From an uncultured Nitrospinaceae bacterium (GTDB taxonomy: Bacteria; Desulfobacterota; Desulfobacteria; Desulfobacterales; UBA11574): a stretch of DNA of 50,821 nucleotides. Below, piece by piece: positions 34,917 to 45,503 of this stretch. The notes beneath the pieces were generated by a model. The model had not been told where the DNA came from. It made no database searches and worked only from the letters and a program-made list of their open reading frames with translations. Numbering within the stretch: position 1 is the stretch's first letter; each line of letters opens with the position of its first letter. Both the position numbers and the translations under genes were made by a program. Location of the stretch: NCBI GenBank assembly GCA_964195835.1, contig CAXMTB010000004.1, forward strand, positions 1-50,821. The letters run 5' to 3'.

Positions 34917-37444
34917 GTTAAAAAATCCCTTTGCCCTTTAGCCTCGGGTCCAAAGGGTTTAAAAACGGCTATGAGTTGGGGCAACAGCGTCAGCGCAGCG
35001 ATTAAGGCAATGAACATGGCCAATCCTGTCAAAAGCCCGAAATATAGACTCGGAATAAAATTGGACAAAATCAGAATTGAAAAACCGATGATGATGGTCA
35101 CCGACGTATAGTACATTGCATGGCCGATGCTTCCATGACACCGATGCAACGCCCGTATATAATTCTGATCGATTTTAATCTCATGAGCAAACCTGTGAAT
35201 ATAGTGAATGGTATCATCCACAGCTATCCCTACACTGATGGAGGCAATAGTGATGGTCATCATATCCAGCGGGATATTCAGCCATCCCATAACACCCAGA
35301 ACGATCCCGATGGAAAGCAAATTGGGGAAAATGGCGATAAAAGCAATTTTTATCGACCTGAACAAAATCATAAACATGACCATCAACACCAGAATAACAA
35401 CTCCCAGTGTAAGGATTTGTGATCGAAACAGACTCTGCAGCATATTGTTATACAATACCAGCATTCCGCTCAAATGGACACGATCTTGTTTTAATCCGAG
35501 TTTGTTCACCAATTCATATTCGATTTTTTTTAGCAGCTGATTCCGCTTCAATGACTTTTCGGAGTCCCTGACACGGATTGAAAAACGGACCTGATCGTTC
35601 GTTATAGACACATAAGGTGATAGAATCATGTCCCTGAACTTAGGGGGAAGTTGGGTATACAAAAGCGCCAGTTGGAAATTATCCAGAGGTTTGCCGTCGT
35701 TGAGCTTTTCGGCAATTTTCACCATGGTTCCCAATGACAAAACTTTGCCGGTTTCCGGCAGGGAATCCAGATAATCATGTATTTTTATAACACGGGCTAT
35801 CTTATCAGAAGTAAACCAGTATTTGTCTTGGTTTTGGGCGTCATCAAATTCATTGAACTCTTCGAATTCATCATTTTTTTTCATACTGGATTCAGATGTC
35901 GCGACAGGCGCTGTCACTTCAGATTTTTCTAAATCGACAGTAACGTCCAGAGGGGTGGTTCCGCCCAATTCCTGGTCGACAACCTTCATTCCCTGATAAA
36001 TTTCGGTGGTATGTTTAAAGTAATCAATAAAGCTGTTCTCAACCGTCAATCGGCTTATTCCAACAGCACTGAGTATCAAGGCGATGCCGCTGGCTACCAG
36101 GATTATTGTGCCGTGTGCTTCGGTAAATTTAGCCAATAATGGCACTATCGAAAATTTTGATTTCCTGTTGTTTGACAGTGTGTCTTTAGGCATCAGCATC
36201 GACACCGAAGGGAACAGAAGAAATGTCATGACAAGAGAAACCATGATACCGGCGCTCATCATCCATCCAAAGTTTATAACAGGCAAAATATCACATAGAA
36301 GCAGAGAACCGAACCCGGCAATGGTCGTCAACGCAGCATACAGGCAGGGTTTGCCCATCAACTTAACGGTATCGAGGACAAGCTCACGTTGTTCAGCATC
36401 AGGATTTTTAATACAAAGTTCACGGTAGCGCACCGTCAAATGGATCGTTATGGCCATGGTAATGATGAGTTGCAGGGATATAAAATTAGACGATATCACG
36501 GTGACTTCCCATCCAAATAATCCCAGCAGTCCGACCATGGAGATCGCAGAAAAAGCGCAGCAAAGCATCGGCAAAAAGACCCATCGTATCCTTTTAAAAA
36601 TAATGCTCAGGGTAAGGATCAGAAAAAACAGCACCCCGAGGCCGAATACTTTCAGATCGTTTTTAATGAAACTGATCAAATCGTCTGCGATCATGATGAC
36701 ACCGCCAAGAAAGAGTTCTGCATCTTTCCGAAAGTTATCCATAATCGCACGAATTTCGGCGATGTCTCGATGCCTTTTCTTCCTCATCTTGTCTCGATAG
36801 AGATTAAACTCTTTGACAACTTTCCTAAATTCAGCAGTTTCTTTGGCAGACAGTCCTTTTGTTGCCTGTTTTTCTCTGAATTGGTTACGCCGGATCAGTA
36901 AATCTTGATAAACTTCATCAACGGGAAAGTAAATCAGCAGGGAAGTGGTCTTAAGATCGGGACTTACCAGAAGGTTTTGATAGAGCGGACTGTTGTCAAA
37001 CTCGAGTTTCGCCAGTGCTTTGTCAACCGTTGGGGATTTAAGTGTCTGAATATTTGCGGCCAGTTCTTTGATTGGAACCGGCGGGCTCTCCAGCAAGGGA
37101 ACGTCCAGTATTGATAACACAGACGATACTGTCTTTAAGGCCCGTATTTCATCACACAGATTGGACAAGTTTGCCAGTGCTTTATCTGAAAACAGATCAT
37201 CCCTGGGTGCAAAAGTCATCACCAAATAGTCTTGCAGCCCGTAGCGGGAGTCAATCAGCCGGGAGTATTCTAGGTCTTTATCATTCTCGAGCACCAGCGT
37301 TTCCGCTGATGCGTCAAGCCTGAAGTTTTTTGCTTGATAGCCTAAAAAAGCAACTGCCGCTATAATTAAGAGAATGATGAGCTTCGGCCGTGCAATGATG
37401 ACCTTATCGAAAAACCGAGTTATCAAGGAAGAAAATTTAGCCAT
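34913..37444 (-). CDS. RND-superfamily exporter (MMPL/HpnN-like, two 6-TM bundles with large periplasmic loops)
   Basis: 843 aa with a duplicated TM-bundle architecture and an SSD-like first bundle. It is coupled to mlaA. Confidence 0.8.
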   Translation of the reverse strand: MAKFSSLITRFFDKVIIARPKLIILLIIAAVAFLGYQAKNFRLDASAETLVLENDKDLEYSRLIDSRYGLQDYLVMTFAPRDDLFSDKALANLSNLCDEIRALKTVSSVLSILDVPLLESPPVPIKELAANIQTLKSPTVDKALAKLEFDNSPLYQNLLVSPDLKTTSLLIYFPVDEVYQDLLIRRNQFREKQATKGLSAKETAEFRKVVKEFNLYRDKMRKKRHRDIAEIRAIMDNFRKDAELFLGGVIMIADDLISFIKNDLKVFGLGVLFFLILTLSIIFKRIRWVFLPMLCCAFSAISMVGLLGLFGWEVTVISSNFISLQLIITMAITIHLTVRYRELCIKNPDAEQRELVLDTVKLMGKPCLYAALTTIAGFGSLLLCDILPVINFGWMMSAGIMVSLVMTFLLFPSVSMLMPKDTLSNNRKSKFSIVPLLAKFTEAHGTIILVASGIALILSAVGISRLTVENSFIDYFKHTTEIYQGMKVVDQELGGTTPLDVTVDLEKSEVTAPVATSESSMKKNDEFEEFNEFDDAQNQDKYWFTSDKIARVIKIHDYLDSLPETGKVLSLGTMVKIAEKLNDGKPLDNFQLALLYTQLPPKFRDMILSPYVSITNDQVRFSIRVRDSEKSLKRNQLLKKIEYELVNKLGLKQDRVHLSGMLVLYNNMLQSLFRSQILTLGVVILVLMVMFMILFRSIKIAFIAIFPNLLSIGIVLGVMGWLNIPLDMMTITIASISVGIAVDDTIHYIHRFAHEIKIDQNYIRALHRCHGSIGHAMYYTSVTIIIGFSILILSNFIPSLYFGLLTGLAMFIALIAALTLLPQLIAVFKPFGPEAKGQRDFLT

Positions 37445-37493
37445 ATGGATCGCTGAAACAGAGGTATTCGCGCTGAGAAAGTTTATAAATCAA

Positions 37494-38075
37494 CTATTTA
37501 TCCTCCGGTTTTTCAAGTCTCTGCAGGAGTTCATCAATGGTACCTTTGCTGAGGACCTGGTCAAACTGGGACCGGTATGTCGAAATAATACTGACGCCTT
37601 CAATCTCAACATCATAAATTTTCCAGTCTTTTTTGGATTTATACATTTTATAGATCATGGATATCCTGTTGTTATTCGATATAATTTCAGTCGGAATACT
37701 GACTTTCCTCTTATCTTGAACAGGTGTTTTAAAGAAAACTTTTTCATCTGTATAAAGGGATAGTTTCTCGAGATACGCCGCTTGCAAGCGTTTAATAAAA
37801 AGATCGGTGAATTCATCTTTTTTTTCTTCTGAAAGGCCGGGCCAGTACTTTCGCCCCAGAGATAGTTTGGCCATGAGGTGAAAATCAAACATGGGTTTTA
37901 CGATTTCCACCAGTTGCTCGTACTTTTTTTGTTGGTCCAAATCTTTTTTCTGCAAAACGGCAATCGCTGCATCAAGCTTGGTTTTCAATAACGCTTGCGC
38001 TTCGTTTTCATTACTCGTCAAGCCGGTTTGTGCCGTAATGAACAAAATGAGAACCGTATAAATTAAGCTCCTCAT
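37494..38075 (-). CDS. mlaC: MlaC/Ttg2D-family periplasmic lipid-binding protein
   Basis: A signal peptide is followed by VKPMFDFHLMAKLSLGRKYW...F..L...Y and WKIYDVEIEGVSII.YRSQF. Confidence 0.8.
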   Translation of the reverse strand: MRSLIYTVLILFITAQTGLTSNENEAQALLKTKLDAAIAVLQKKDLDQQKKYEQLVEIVKPMFDFHLMAKLSLGRKYWPGLSEEKKDEFTDLFIKRLQAAYLEKLSLYTDEKVFFKTPVQDKRKVSIPTEIISNNNRISMIYKMYKSKKDWKIYDVEIEGVSIISTYRSQFDQVLSKGTIDELLQRLEKPEDK

Positions 38076-38471
38076 AATTCATTCCTTTATCATTTTTTTT
38101 AAATATTTCTAGCCGATATATTTTTTTTATGCAACCATTAAGTTTATCATCGTTTTATGATTTATTTTGACTTTAAGGTTGCTTTTTTGTTGTTTATTTA
38201 TTTGAAAAGCTCAATAAGCGTTAACATCAGGTTGACCAACTTGGATCTTCTGCAGGATTTATGCCAATACCCCCAAAATATAAAATGTCTAAAAAAATCA
38301 TAAAATTGAGATCATTTCGACCGGAATTTTATATTTTAATTTAAGGAAAGAATGATATTATGTCAAAATTTTGACTAATTTTGGCGATTGAGAGGCGGAG
38401 AATTGGAGTGGAAACCAAGTTTTTGCAATGTAAAACTTGAAATATTATTTTCACACCATGTCAAAAGTGAA

Positions 38472-39440
38472 TCAAGAATTGTTGGTTGCAAAAGCTGCAA
38501 TCCTTTTTTCATGCCAGTATTCACCGTTCGATTTAAAATCCACAAAACCCACATGTCCGCCTGATTTCGGCATTTCAAAAAAAAGATACGGATTTTTTTT
38601 CGCTTCTTCAACAGGATAACACGCTTCACCCAAAAAAGGGTCGTTCTGAGCGTTGATTAATAACGCCGGGATGTTGATGTCGGCAAGAAATTGTTTGCAA
38701 CTGCATTTAGACCAGTAGTCTTTTGCATTTAAAAACCCGTGAATGGGTGCCGTATATCTGTTGTCAAACGCTTCGAATGTCTTGATTGAATGATAATCCG
38801 AATCATTGATTTTACCCGGCATAATTTGCATCTTTAACCGTATCTTGTCGTGAAACATCCCCAGAAAACGCTTCATGTAAAGCATGTTAGATCTTTCTGC
38901 CAGTTTTCTTGAACTGGATTCAAGATCACAGGGTACTGAAACAGCAGCTGCGCTTTTAATCAAAGAAGACAGGATGTCATTCTTTTCTCCAAGATACATT
39001 AACGTTAAATTGCCGCCCACACTGAAACCCACAAGTGAAATACACGAATAACGCTTTTTGTCAATCACATGACTCACCACGGTATGTAGATCTTCCGTAG
39101 CACCGCAATGATATGAGCGAATCAGGCGATTGGGTTCACCGCTGCAACCCCGAAAATTGAAAGCAATACCATCCCACCCTCTCGTGTTAAATGCTTTTAT
39201 CATTCCAAGTACATACGAACGTCGGGAATGACCTTCCAGACCATGTGAAACAATAACCGCCCTGTCTGCACCAACCCGTGACCAGTCCAGATCAATAAAG
39301 TCACGATCAGGTGTGTAAATTCGTTCCCGAACATAATCGACACCCTCTACTTTTCTGAAAAGGGTGGGATAAATGGTCTGGAAATGCGCATTTGAAAATA
39401 AAAACAATGGATTGTAGTCTGAATTCGAAATTAACGGCAT
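38472..39440 (-). CDS. Alpha/beta hydrolase (YheT/ABHD-like)
   Basis: HGLEGHS oxyanion region, nucleophile elbow GFSVGGN, C-terminal GGHVGF. Confidence 0.8.
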   Translation of the reverse strand: MPLISNSDYNPLFLFSNAHFQTIYPTLFRKVEGVDYVRERIYTPDRDFIDLDWSRVGADRAVIVSHGLEGHSRRSYVLGMIKAFNTRGWDGIAFNFRGCSGEPNRLIRSYHCGATEDLHTVVSHVIDKKRYSCISLVGFSVGGNLTLMYLGEKNDILSSLIKSAAAVSVPCDLESSSRKLAERSNMLYMKRFLGMFHDKIRLKMQIMPGKINDSDYHSIKTFEAFDNRYTAPIHGFLNAKDYWSKCSCKQFLADINIPALLINAQNDPFLGEACYPVEEAKKNPYLFFEMPKSGGHVGFVDFKSNGEYWHEKRIAAFATNNS

Positions 39441-39664
39441 CTGAAGCGTCCTGGTATGATCATTTCACGTTGAATCTATATTTTTTGCATGATAGGAAAA
39501 ATTGATCAAGCAACTTTTAACTCAGGTTTTGCATCCTTAATTTTCAGCAACGACGGTATAGCCCAGCAGGCCGGGAAAATTTTTTTGAGGTTTAATTCAA
39601 CCGGGTTTGAAACCGGCGATTAAATAACATCGGAACATTTTGGAATAAATCTTGTCTAAATCAA

Positions 39665-40273
39665 ATGAATAATCGCATAAAAAAGCCAGGCGGTTCATCC
39701 TGCCCAGACACTGTGTTGATTCGGGCTGTTCAAGCGGGTGATATGGCTGCATTTGACGAACTGGTTCTTAAATACAAAGATCGATTATTCAACCTGGTCT
39801 ACTGGTTCTTGGGAGATTATCAGGACGCCAACGACTGCGCCCAGGAGACCTTTATAAAAGTCTTCAAATCGATAAAAAAATTCAGGTTTGAATCGGCATT
39901 TTCCACCTGGCTCTATCGGATTGCCATCAATACGTGTAAAAATAAAATAAAATCATCTGCATACAGATGGAAGAAAAAGACTGTTTCACTCGAAACCTCG
40001 AATAGCTCAAAAAACGGCAACCCTTTTTCCGAAATTGTGAACGGCTCTCCAACTCCGGTAGTGGCACTTGAAAAAAAGGAGAGAATGATGCGGATTCAAA
40101 AAGCCATCAATTCATTGCCCGAGGAACAAAACAAAGTGGTGGTGCTGCGTGACATCCAGGGACTTTCGTACCAGGATATTTCAGATATCACCGGTCTGAA
40201 CCTCGGTACGGTTAAATCGAGGCTCGCAAGGGGAAGGCTGGCACTGAAAAACCGACTTAAAGGAAGGATATAA
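39665..40273 (+). CDS. ECF (sigma-70 group 4) sigma factor
   Basis: Region 2 reads DANDCAQETFIKVF..FSTWLYRIAINTC. Region 4 reads VVVLRDIQGLSYQDISDITGLNLGTVKSRLARGR. Confidence 0.9.
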   Translation: MNNRIKKPGGSSCPDTVLIRAVQAGDMAAFDELVLKYKDRLFNLVYWFLGDYQDANDCAQETFIKVFKSIKKFRFESAFSTWLYRIAINTCKNKIKSSAYRWKKKTVSLETSNSSKNGNPFSEIVNGSPTPVVALEKKERMMRIQKAINSLPEEQNKVVVLRDIQGLSYQDISDITGLNLGTVKSRLARGRLALKNRLKGRI

Positions 40274-40274
40274 A

Positions 40275-41306
40275 ATGGATTGTGCCGGAATTCAGGAATT
40301 ATTGTCCGAATATATCGATGGCACTTTGGATGCAAAAACCGTTCAAGTGGTTGAGGAACACCTGTCGGTATGCGTGGACTGTAAAGAAACACTTGCTTCA
40401 TTGAGTGCAATGGTTGAAGAATTGAACGCTCTTGAACCGGTGAAAGCCCCGGCTGATTTTTTAGAAAAAATCCACCAGCGCATGGAACCGCGTTCAGATT
40501 TTAGCCGGCTCTTCAGGAAGCTTTTTGTTCCTTTTAAAATTAAAATTCCATTGCAACTGGCAGCAGCAGCCACCGCATCTATCCTTGTTGTTATGGTTTT
40601 AAACCTTCAACAATCAGAATATCAGAAGATGGAGCCCCTAAAGGCATCCAAATCCGAATGGTTCGCCGAAAAACCAAAAGCAGATCATCTAACACCTGAA
40701 TTTAAAACGAAAACAAAACCTCCGGCCCCTGTTCTTGAAGAAGCCCCGGGAAGGTTGTCGGACAGCGAACAGGGCATGCCGACCCGAAGATCCATGGTAA
40801 AAAAACCCGTTCAACCGTCCATTCAAATGGAATCTGAACGGTCTTCTTCTGTTGTGGCAAAGGCTGGGCCATCTGCTGGAACAGGACAACTCATAGAACT
40901 TGTCCTGTTGCTCAAACCCGTCGTCATCGGCGATGCTTATTCACCTCATATAGCCATGCAAAAGATGCCTTTAGCTAAAGGCGATAAAAAAACCATTGAA
41001 AAGGAAAGGACCGATAAAGATACCTTTGGAAGAAAATTTGAAACCAAGCAACAATACCAGGTCGATGACCTGCTCTTTAGGATAAACCGTATTATCTGGC
41101 CTTTAAAAGGCACAATTTTGACAAAAGAATACCACAGACACAAAGATCGATTAAAATCGATTTATGTTCAAATACCTGCCAAAAACTACGCATCTTTTTG
41201 CAGAGAACTCACCCGTTTGGCCACTCTCAAAACCCCGCCGCCCGCCCTTGCTGATAAAAGTTTCGATACAGTAACGCTTCATATCAATTTCACCTTCCCG
41301 GAATGA
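40275..41306 (+). CDS. Anti-sigma factor (zf-HC2) with a single TM helix
   Basis: The motif EEHLSVCVDCKE (Hx3Cx2C) is followed by the TM segment LQLAAAATASILVVMVLNL. The start is 1 nt after the sigma-factor stop. Confidence 0.8.
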   Translation: MDCAGIQELLSEYIDGTLDAKTVQVVEEHLSVCVDCKETLASLSAMVEELNALEPVKAPADFLEKIHQRMEPRSDFSRLFRKLFVPFKIKIPLQLAAAATASILVVMVLNLQQSEYQKMEPLKASKSEWFAEKPKADHLTPEFKTKTKPPAPVLEEAPGRLSDSEQGMPTRRSMVKKPVQPSIQMESERSSSVVAKAGPSAGTGQLIELVLLLKPVVIGDAYSPHIAMQKMPLAKGDKKTIEKERTDKDTFGRKFETKQQYQVDDLLFRINRIIWPLKGTILTKEYHRHKDRLKSIYVQIPAKNYASFCRELTRLATLKTPPPALADKSFDTVTLHINFTFPE

Positions 41307-41436
41307 TTAAAAACTCAACGGGTTGTTGCCCAAATATTTTTTTTGGGAACCTTTTTGTAACCTCCTTGTCTAATGAAACCAAAGAACAAAAATTGGAACT
41401 TTTTACGAGTTTATCAAAATATAGGAGGTAAAAAAA

Positions 41437-43812
41437 ATGATTCTCAAGAAAAAACTTTGTATCATCGTCATTCTCGCTGTTATGTTGATGACAACCCCTG
41501 TTTCGTACGCACAGCAAGAAACCAATGTTGACAAAACCTTGTCCCCTTATTTCCTGGTCAAGAGCGATGACCCGGATGTGGATCGGCTCCCTTTGAAATC
41601 CACACATGCTGAAGTCCATATTTCAGGGGTCATTGCCGATGTCAATGTCACACAGGTCTATAAAAACGAAGGCAAAAAGCCGATAGAGGCCATCTATGTC
41701 TTTCCGGCCTCCACAAAAGCCGCTGTTTACGGGATGAAAATGACCATCGGCGAACGGACCATCACAGCTAATATTCGCGAGCGCGAGCAGGCGCGACATG
41801 AATACAATCAGGCAAAACAGGCCGGAAAAAGCGCATCGCTTCTGGAACAACACCGGCCAAATGTTTTTCAGATGAATGTGGCCAATATCCTGCCTTCCGA
41901 TGTTATAAAAGTTGAACTCAAATATACCGAACTTCTTGTTCCCACAGACAAAGTGTACGAATTCGCATATCCCACGGTTGTGGGGCCACGGTACGTGGAT
42001 CAGCAGTCCGATGAAGCAGGCTCTGCTGAAACGTGGACGTCCAATCCATATCTTCGCCAGGGAGAACCGCCGACCTATATGTTTAATATGGCTGTCCATA
42101 TTGCAGCAGGTCTTCCCATTAAAGACATTGCCTGTGCTTCACACAAAACCCGGATCGATTACAAGGGTCCTTCCTTTGCCACCATTAATCTTGATCCCTC
42201 AGAAAACCAGAGCGGCAACCGGGACTTTATTTTGAAATATCGGCTTGCCGGCGATAAGATTCAAACCGGCCTTCTTCTTTTTGAAGGAAAGGATGAAAAA
42301 TTTTTCCTGCTCATGATGCAGCCCCCCAAAAAGGTAAAAAAAAGTCAGATCCCGCCCCGTGAGTATATTTTCATCGTTGATGTATCCGGATCCATGCACG
42401 GCTTTCCTCTGAATATTTCCAAAAAATTACTCAAGGATCTCATCGGCAACCTTCGCCCAACAGACCGGTTCAATGTTCTCTTGTTTGCCGGCGGTTCCCA
42501 GTTGATGGCGGAACAATCTTTGCCGGCCACTTCCCAAAACATCACCCGTGCCATAAACACCATTGAAGGGCAACGGGGGGGCGGTGGCACCCGGCTTTTG
42601 CCGGCACTTCAAAGAGCACTCTCTCTTTCTAAAACCGAAGGATTCTCTCGAAGCATCGTTATCGCTACCGACGGGTATGTTTCCGTTGAAGCAAAGGTTT
42701 TTGACCTGATGCGAAAGAATCTAGGAGATGCCAATATGTTTGCTTTCGGCATCGGCTCGAGTGTCAACCGTCATCTGATCGAAGGCATGGCCAGAATAGG
42801 AATGGGAGAACCCTTTGTCATCACAAAACCTGATCAGGCACTGATAACGGCAAAAAAATTTCGCAAACTCATTGAATCACCGGTATTAACGGGAATCAAG
42901 GTCGACTTCGGCAAATTCAAGGCTTACGGCGTGGAACCGCCAAGTATTCCCGACGTGCTGGCAGATCGCCCTGTTATTGTTTTCGGTAAATGGCGCGGCA
43001 GTCCTCGAGGCACCATTTCTTTACAAGGCTACACCGGCAAACACCGCTTTTTGAAAAAAATCGATGTCTCAAAAACAAAGGCCCTGGAATCAAACTCGGC
43101 CCTTCGCTACCTCTGGGCGCGGCACCGAATTGCCTTGTTAGCCGACTACAACAAACTCAGCAAACAAGACGAACGGGTCAAAGAAGTGACAAACCTTGGT
43201 TTAACCTACAACCTCTTGACCGCCTACACCTCATTTGTTGCTGTGGACACGAAGGTTCGCGTTGAGGATGGGCAGACTGTCACCGTCAAACAGCCCCTTC
43301 CCTTGCCCCAGGGTGTTTCCGACTATGCAGTGGGAGGAAACAGGGCTATTGCCGGAAAAGCTTATTCTTTCCATGGCCCTGCGCCCTCGGTATTGGGCAT
43401 GAGAAGTAAAGTTGTTGAAGAAAGTATGGCCCAAAAAAAGGAAGATCGGCTGACCACTGAGCCTGAAATGGATGCTGCTGCCCGTGATAAGAACGTCATC
43501 GAACTGGGAGAAATTACGGTTACCGGAGGTTTGTCTGAAACATCCATTCGGGAACTTTTAGAAAAACAGATGCACTCTTTTAATAACTGCTACAAACAGG
43601 CACAGAAAAAACAATCTCAATTGAAAGGAAAGATTGTTTTCAGACTGGTCGTAGATCCCGTCGGTCAGGTCATCAACGTTCATCTGGATAAAGGTGTCAA
43701 TAACGCCAAGGCGTTTGAGACCTGCATGCTTCACAAACTTAAAAAGCTGCGCTTTCCAGCACCCAAAAAGGGGATAAAAACCGTGATTCAAATTGCATTT
43801 TTTCTGAAATAA
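41437..43812 (+). CDS. Secreted VIT plus von Willebrand A domain protein with a C-terminal TonB-C/AgmX-like domain
   Basis: Signal peptide, then VIT (LPLKSTHAEVHISGVIADVNVTQVY) and a vWA MIDAS motif (DVSGSM...ATDG). The C-terminus reads NNCYKQ...GKIVFRLVVDPVGQV. Confidence 0.8.
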   Translation: MILKKKLCIIVILAVMLMTTPVSYAQQETNVDKTLSPYFLVKSDDPDVDRLPLKSTHAEVHISGVIADVNVTQVYKNEGKKPIEAIYVFPASTKAAVYGMKMTIGERTITANIREREQARHEYNQAKQAGKSASLLEQHRPNVFQMNVANILPSDVIKVELKYTELLVPTDKVYEFAYPTVVGPRYVDQQSDEAGSAETWTSNPYLRQGEPPTYMFNMAVHIAAGLPIKDIACASHKTRIDYKGPSFATINLDPSENQSGNRDFILKYRLAGDKIQTGLLLFEGKDEKFFLLMMQPPKKVKKSQIPPREYIFIVDVSGSMHGFPLNISKKLLKDLIGNLRPTDRFNVLLFAGGSQLMAEQSLPATSQNITRAINTIEGQRGGGGTRLLPALQRALSLSKTEGFSRSIVIATDGYVSVEAKVFDLMRKNLGDANMFAFGIGSSVNRHLIEGMARIGMGEPFVITKPDQALITAKKFRKLIESPVLTGIKVDFGKFKAYGVEPPSIPDVLADRPVIVFGKWRGSPRGTISLQGYTGKHRFLKKIDVSKTKALESNSALRYLWARHRIALLADYNKLSKQDERVKEVTNLGLTYNLLTAYTSFVAVDTKVRVEDGQTVTVKQPLPLPQGVSDYAVGGNRAIAGKAYSFHGPAPSVLGMRSKVVEESMAQKKEDRLTTEPEMDAAARDKNVIELGEITVTGGLSETSIRELLEKQMHSFNNCYKQAQKKQSQLKGKIVFRLVVDPVGQVINVHLDKGVNNAKAFETCMLHKLKKLRFPAPKKGIKTVIQIAFFLK

Positions 43813-44135
43813 ACACTACCTCAATTGAGCGAAAGTCGATTTTATATATTGGCCAGCATTTTGTTTACGCTCATTTGAGGTTCAAAAAACAGCGATGCAC
43901 CAAAACGAAGATAGCCGTCTTTCTCAGAAATCGAGACAGACGGCTATCTTGATATTGAGTATCCTGATTATATCGGGCCACAGGGCTATTTTACCTTACA
44001 AAATTTATTCCAGCCCGCTACTTCAATAGCCTTTTAACCTTAGTCAGGTGCGAAACTTAAGTGATACCTCAATTGAGCGTTTTAGCACCAAAAAAAGACG
44101 CAACATTCTTTATAAAGATCCAGATGGCAAATGGG

Positions 44136-44525
44136 TTATTCATCTTGATCAAGCCATTCCACAGCCTCATCCTTGATGCGAAAAATCTTGAGTTGGGTTG
44201 GGAAGTCCTCTACTTCATAGAGTGTCCCCAGAATTCTTGAGAGGCCATATTGAAGATCAGACGATGCCACAACCGCTGATTTACCGCCTTTACGCTCTTC
44301 AAAACGATGCGTGTACTGACCAATAAGCGCTGTAATACGCTCCATATCTGAAGATTCAAGGTTGGTCAATTTAGCGTTTCGTGCATCCCACAATGTATTC
44401 AACGTCAACTCATGAGCTTCCCAAAACGCTTTTAATGTACTTTGAATATCATCTAAAGTCAGCTCTCCGGTCAGAGCATAAGTGGTCAAGTTCCTTGTTT
44501 TGTCAACTTGCGTTGTTGTCGGCAT
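44136..44525 (-). CDS. Hypothetical protein (possibly a STAS/SpoIIAA-like fold)
   Basis: 129 aa ORF in a clean intergenic context. The fold guess comes from the sequence pattern only. Confidence 0.4.
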   Translation of the reverse strand: MPTTTQVDKTRNLTTYALTGELTLDDIQSTLKAFWEAHELTLNTLWDARNAKLTNLESSDMERITALIGQYTHRFEERKGGKSAVVASSDLQYGLSRILGTLYEVEDFPTQLKIFRIKDEAVEWLDQDE

Positions 44526-44675
44526 CGTTTAATTTCCCTGTATGACCTGAATTTAACCCTTGATATTTACTATCGTTTATGTCGTTATATCACTGGTATA
44601 TTAACTATACGCCAACCGATTTGCAAGAAGAATTTATTTGGGTGAGAAAACATTCATATTTAAGGACAATGAACG

Positions 44676-45488
44676 ATGCCACACAATTTCTTGGAAACAA
44701 CACTGGGTGACACCGGGCTCAACGTTCATCGTTTGGGACTTTCCGCCTCTTATTGGCCCGGCAAAAAGACCATTTACAACGCCATTGATAAGGGGATTAA
44801 CTATTTTTTCGGTTATGGATTCGACAATCAGATGATATCTGTTCTGCGTGATGTCTTCAAAAAAGAACGCGAGCGTTATATCATTGCCACCGGCGCTTAT
44901 AACCTGCTCGTCACGCATCAAAACCTTCGAAAAACCGTAGAAAAGCGTCTTAGACAACTTAAAACCGACTATATTGATATTTTCTTATTTTTGGGCGTGA
45001 CAAAACCCGGACACTTTCCGGAAAATCTGCGTGAAGAGTTGCGCGAATTGAAGAAAACAGGAAAGGTTCGTTATGTGGGAATGTCCTGCCACGACCGCCA
45101 ATTTGCCGGCAAATTGGCTACCGAGAATGAACTGGATGTCTATATGATCCGATACAACGCCGCCCACCGTGGTGCGGAGCACGATATCTTCCCGCATTTG
45201 ACTGCTTACAACCCCGGTGTCGTCAGTTACACGGCAACCCGCTGGAGTTATCTTATCCGGCGAAACAAAAAATGGCCCAAAAGCCGTCCCATACCCACCC
45301 CGGGGCTGTGTTATCGTTTCGTGCTTTCCAATCCGCATGTGCATGTCTGTATGACAGCCCCTGCCAATGCCAGGCAGTTTGAAGAAAACATCGGTGAAGT
45401 CCGCAAAGGGCCTTTAAATGAAGAAGAATTATCCTTTGTCAAAGAATATGGCGATCTTGTCCGTCACACCAAAAAATGGTTTATGTAA
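44676..45488 (+). CDS. Aldo/keto reductase family oxidoreductase
   Basis: LGDTGLNVHRLGL...INYFFGYG...YIDIFLF...VRYVGMSCH. Confidence 0.8.
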   Translation: MPHNFLETTLGDTGLNVHRLGLSASYWPGKKTIYNAIDKGINYFFGYGFDNQMISVLRDVFKKERERYIIATGAYNLLVTHQNLRKTVEKRLRQLKTDYIDIFLFLGVTKPGHFPENLREELRELKKTGKVRYVGMSCHDRQFAGKLATENELDVYMIRYNAAHRGAEHDIFPHLTAYNPGVVSYTATRWSYLIRRNKKWPKSRPIPTPGLCYRFVLSNPHVHVCMTAPANARQFEENIGEVRKGPLNEEELSFVKEYGDLVRHTKKWFM

Positions 45489-45503
45489 TCGGGATTTTAG
45501 ATA

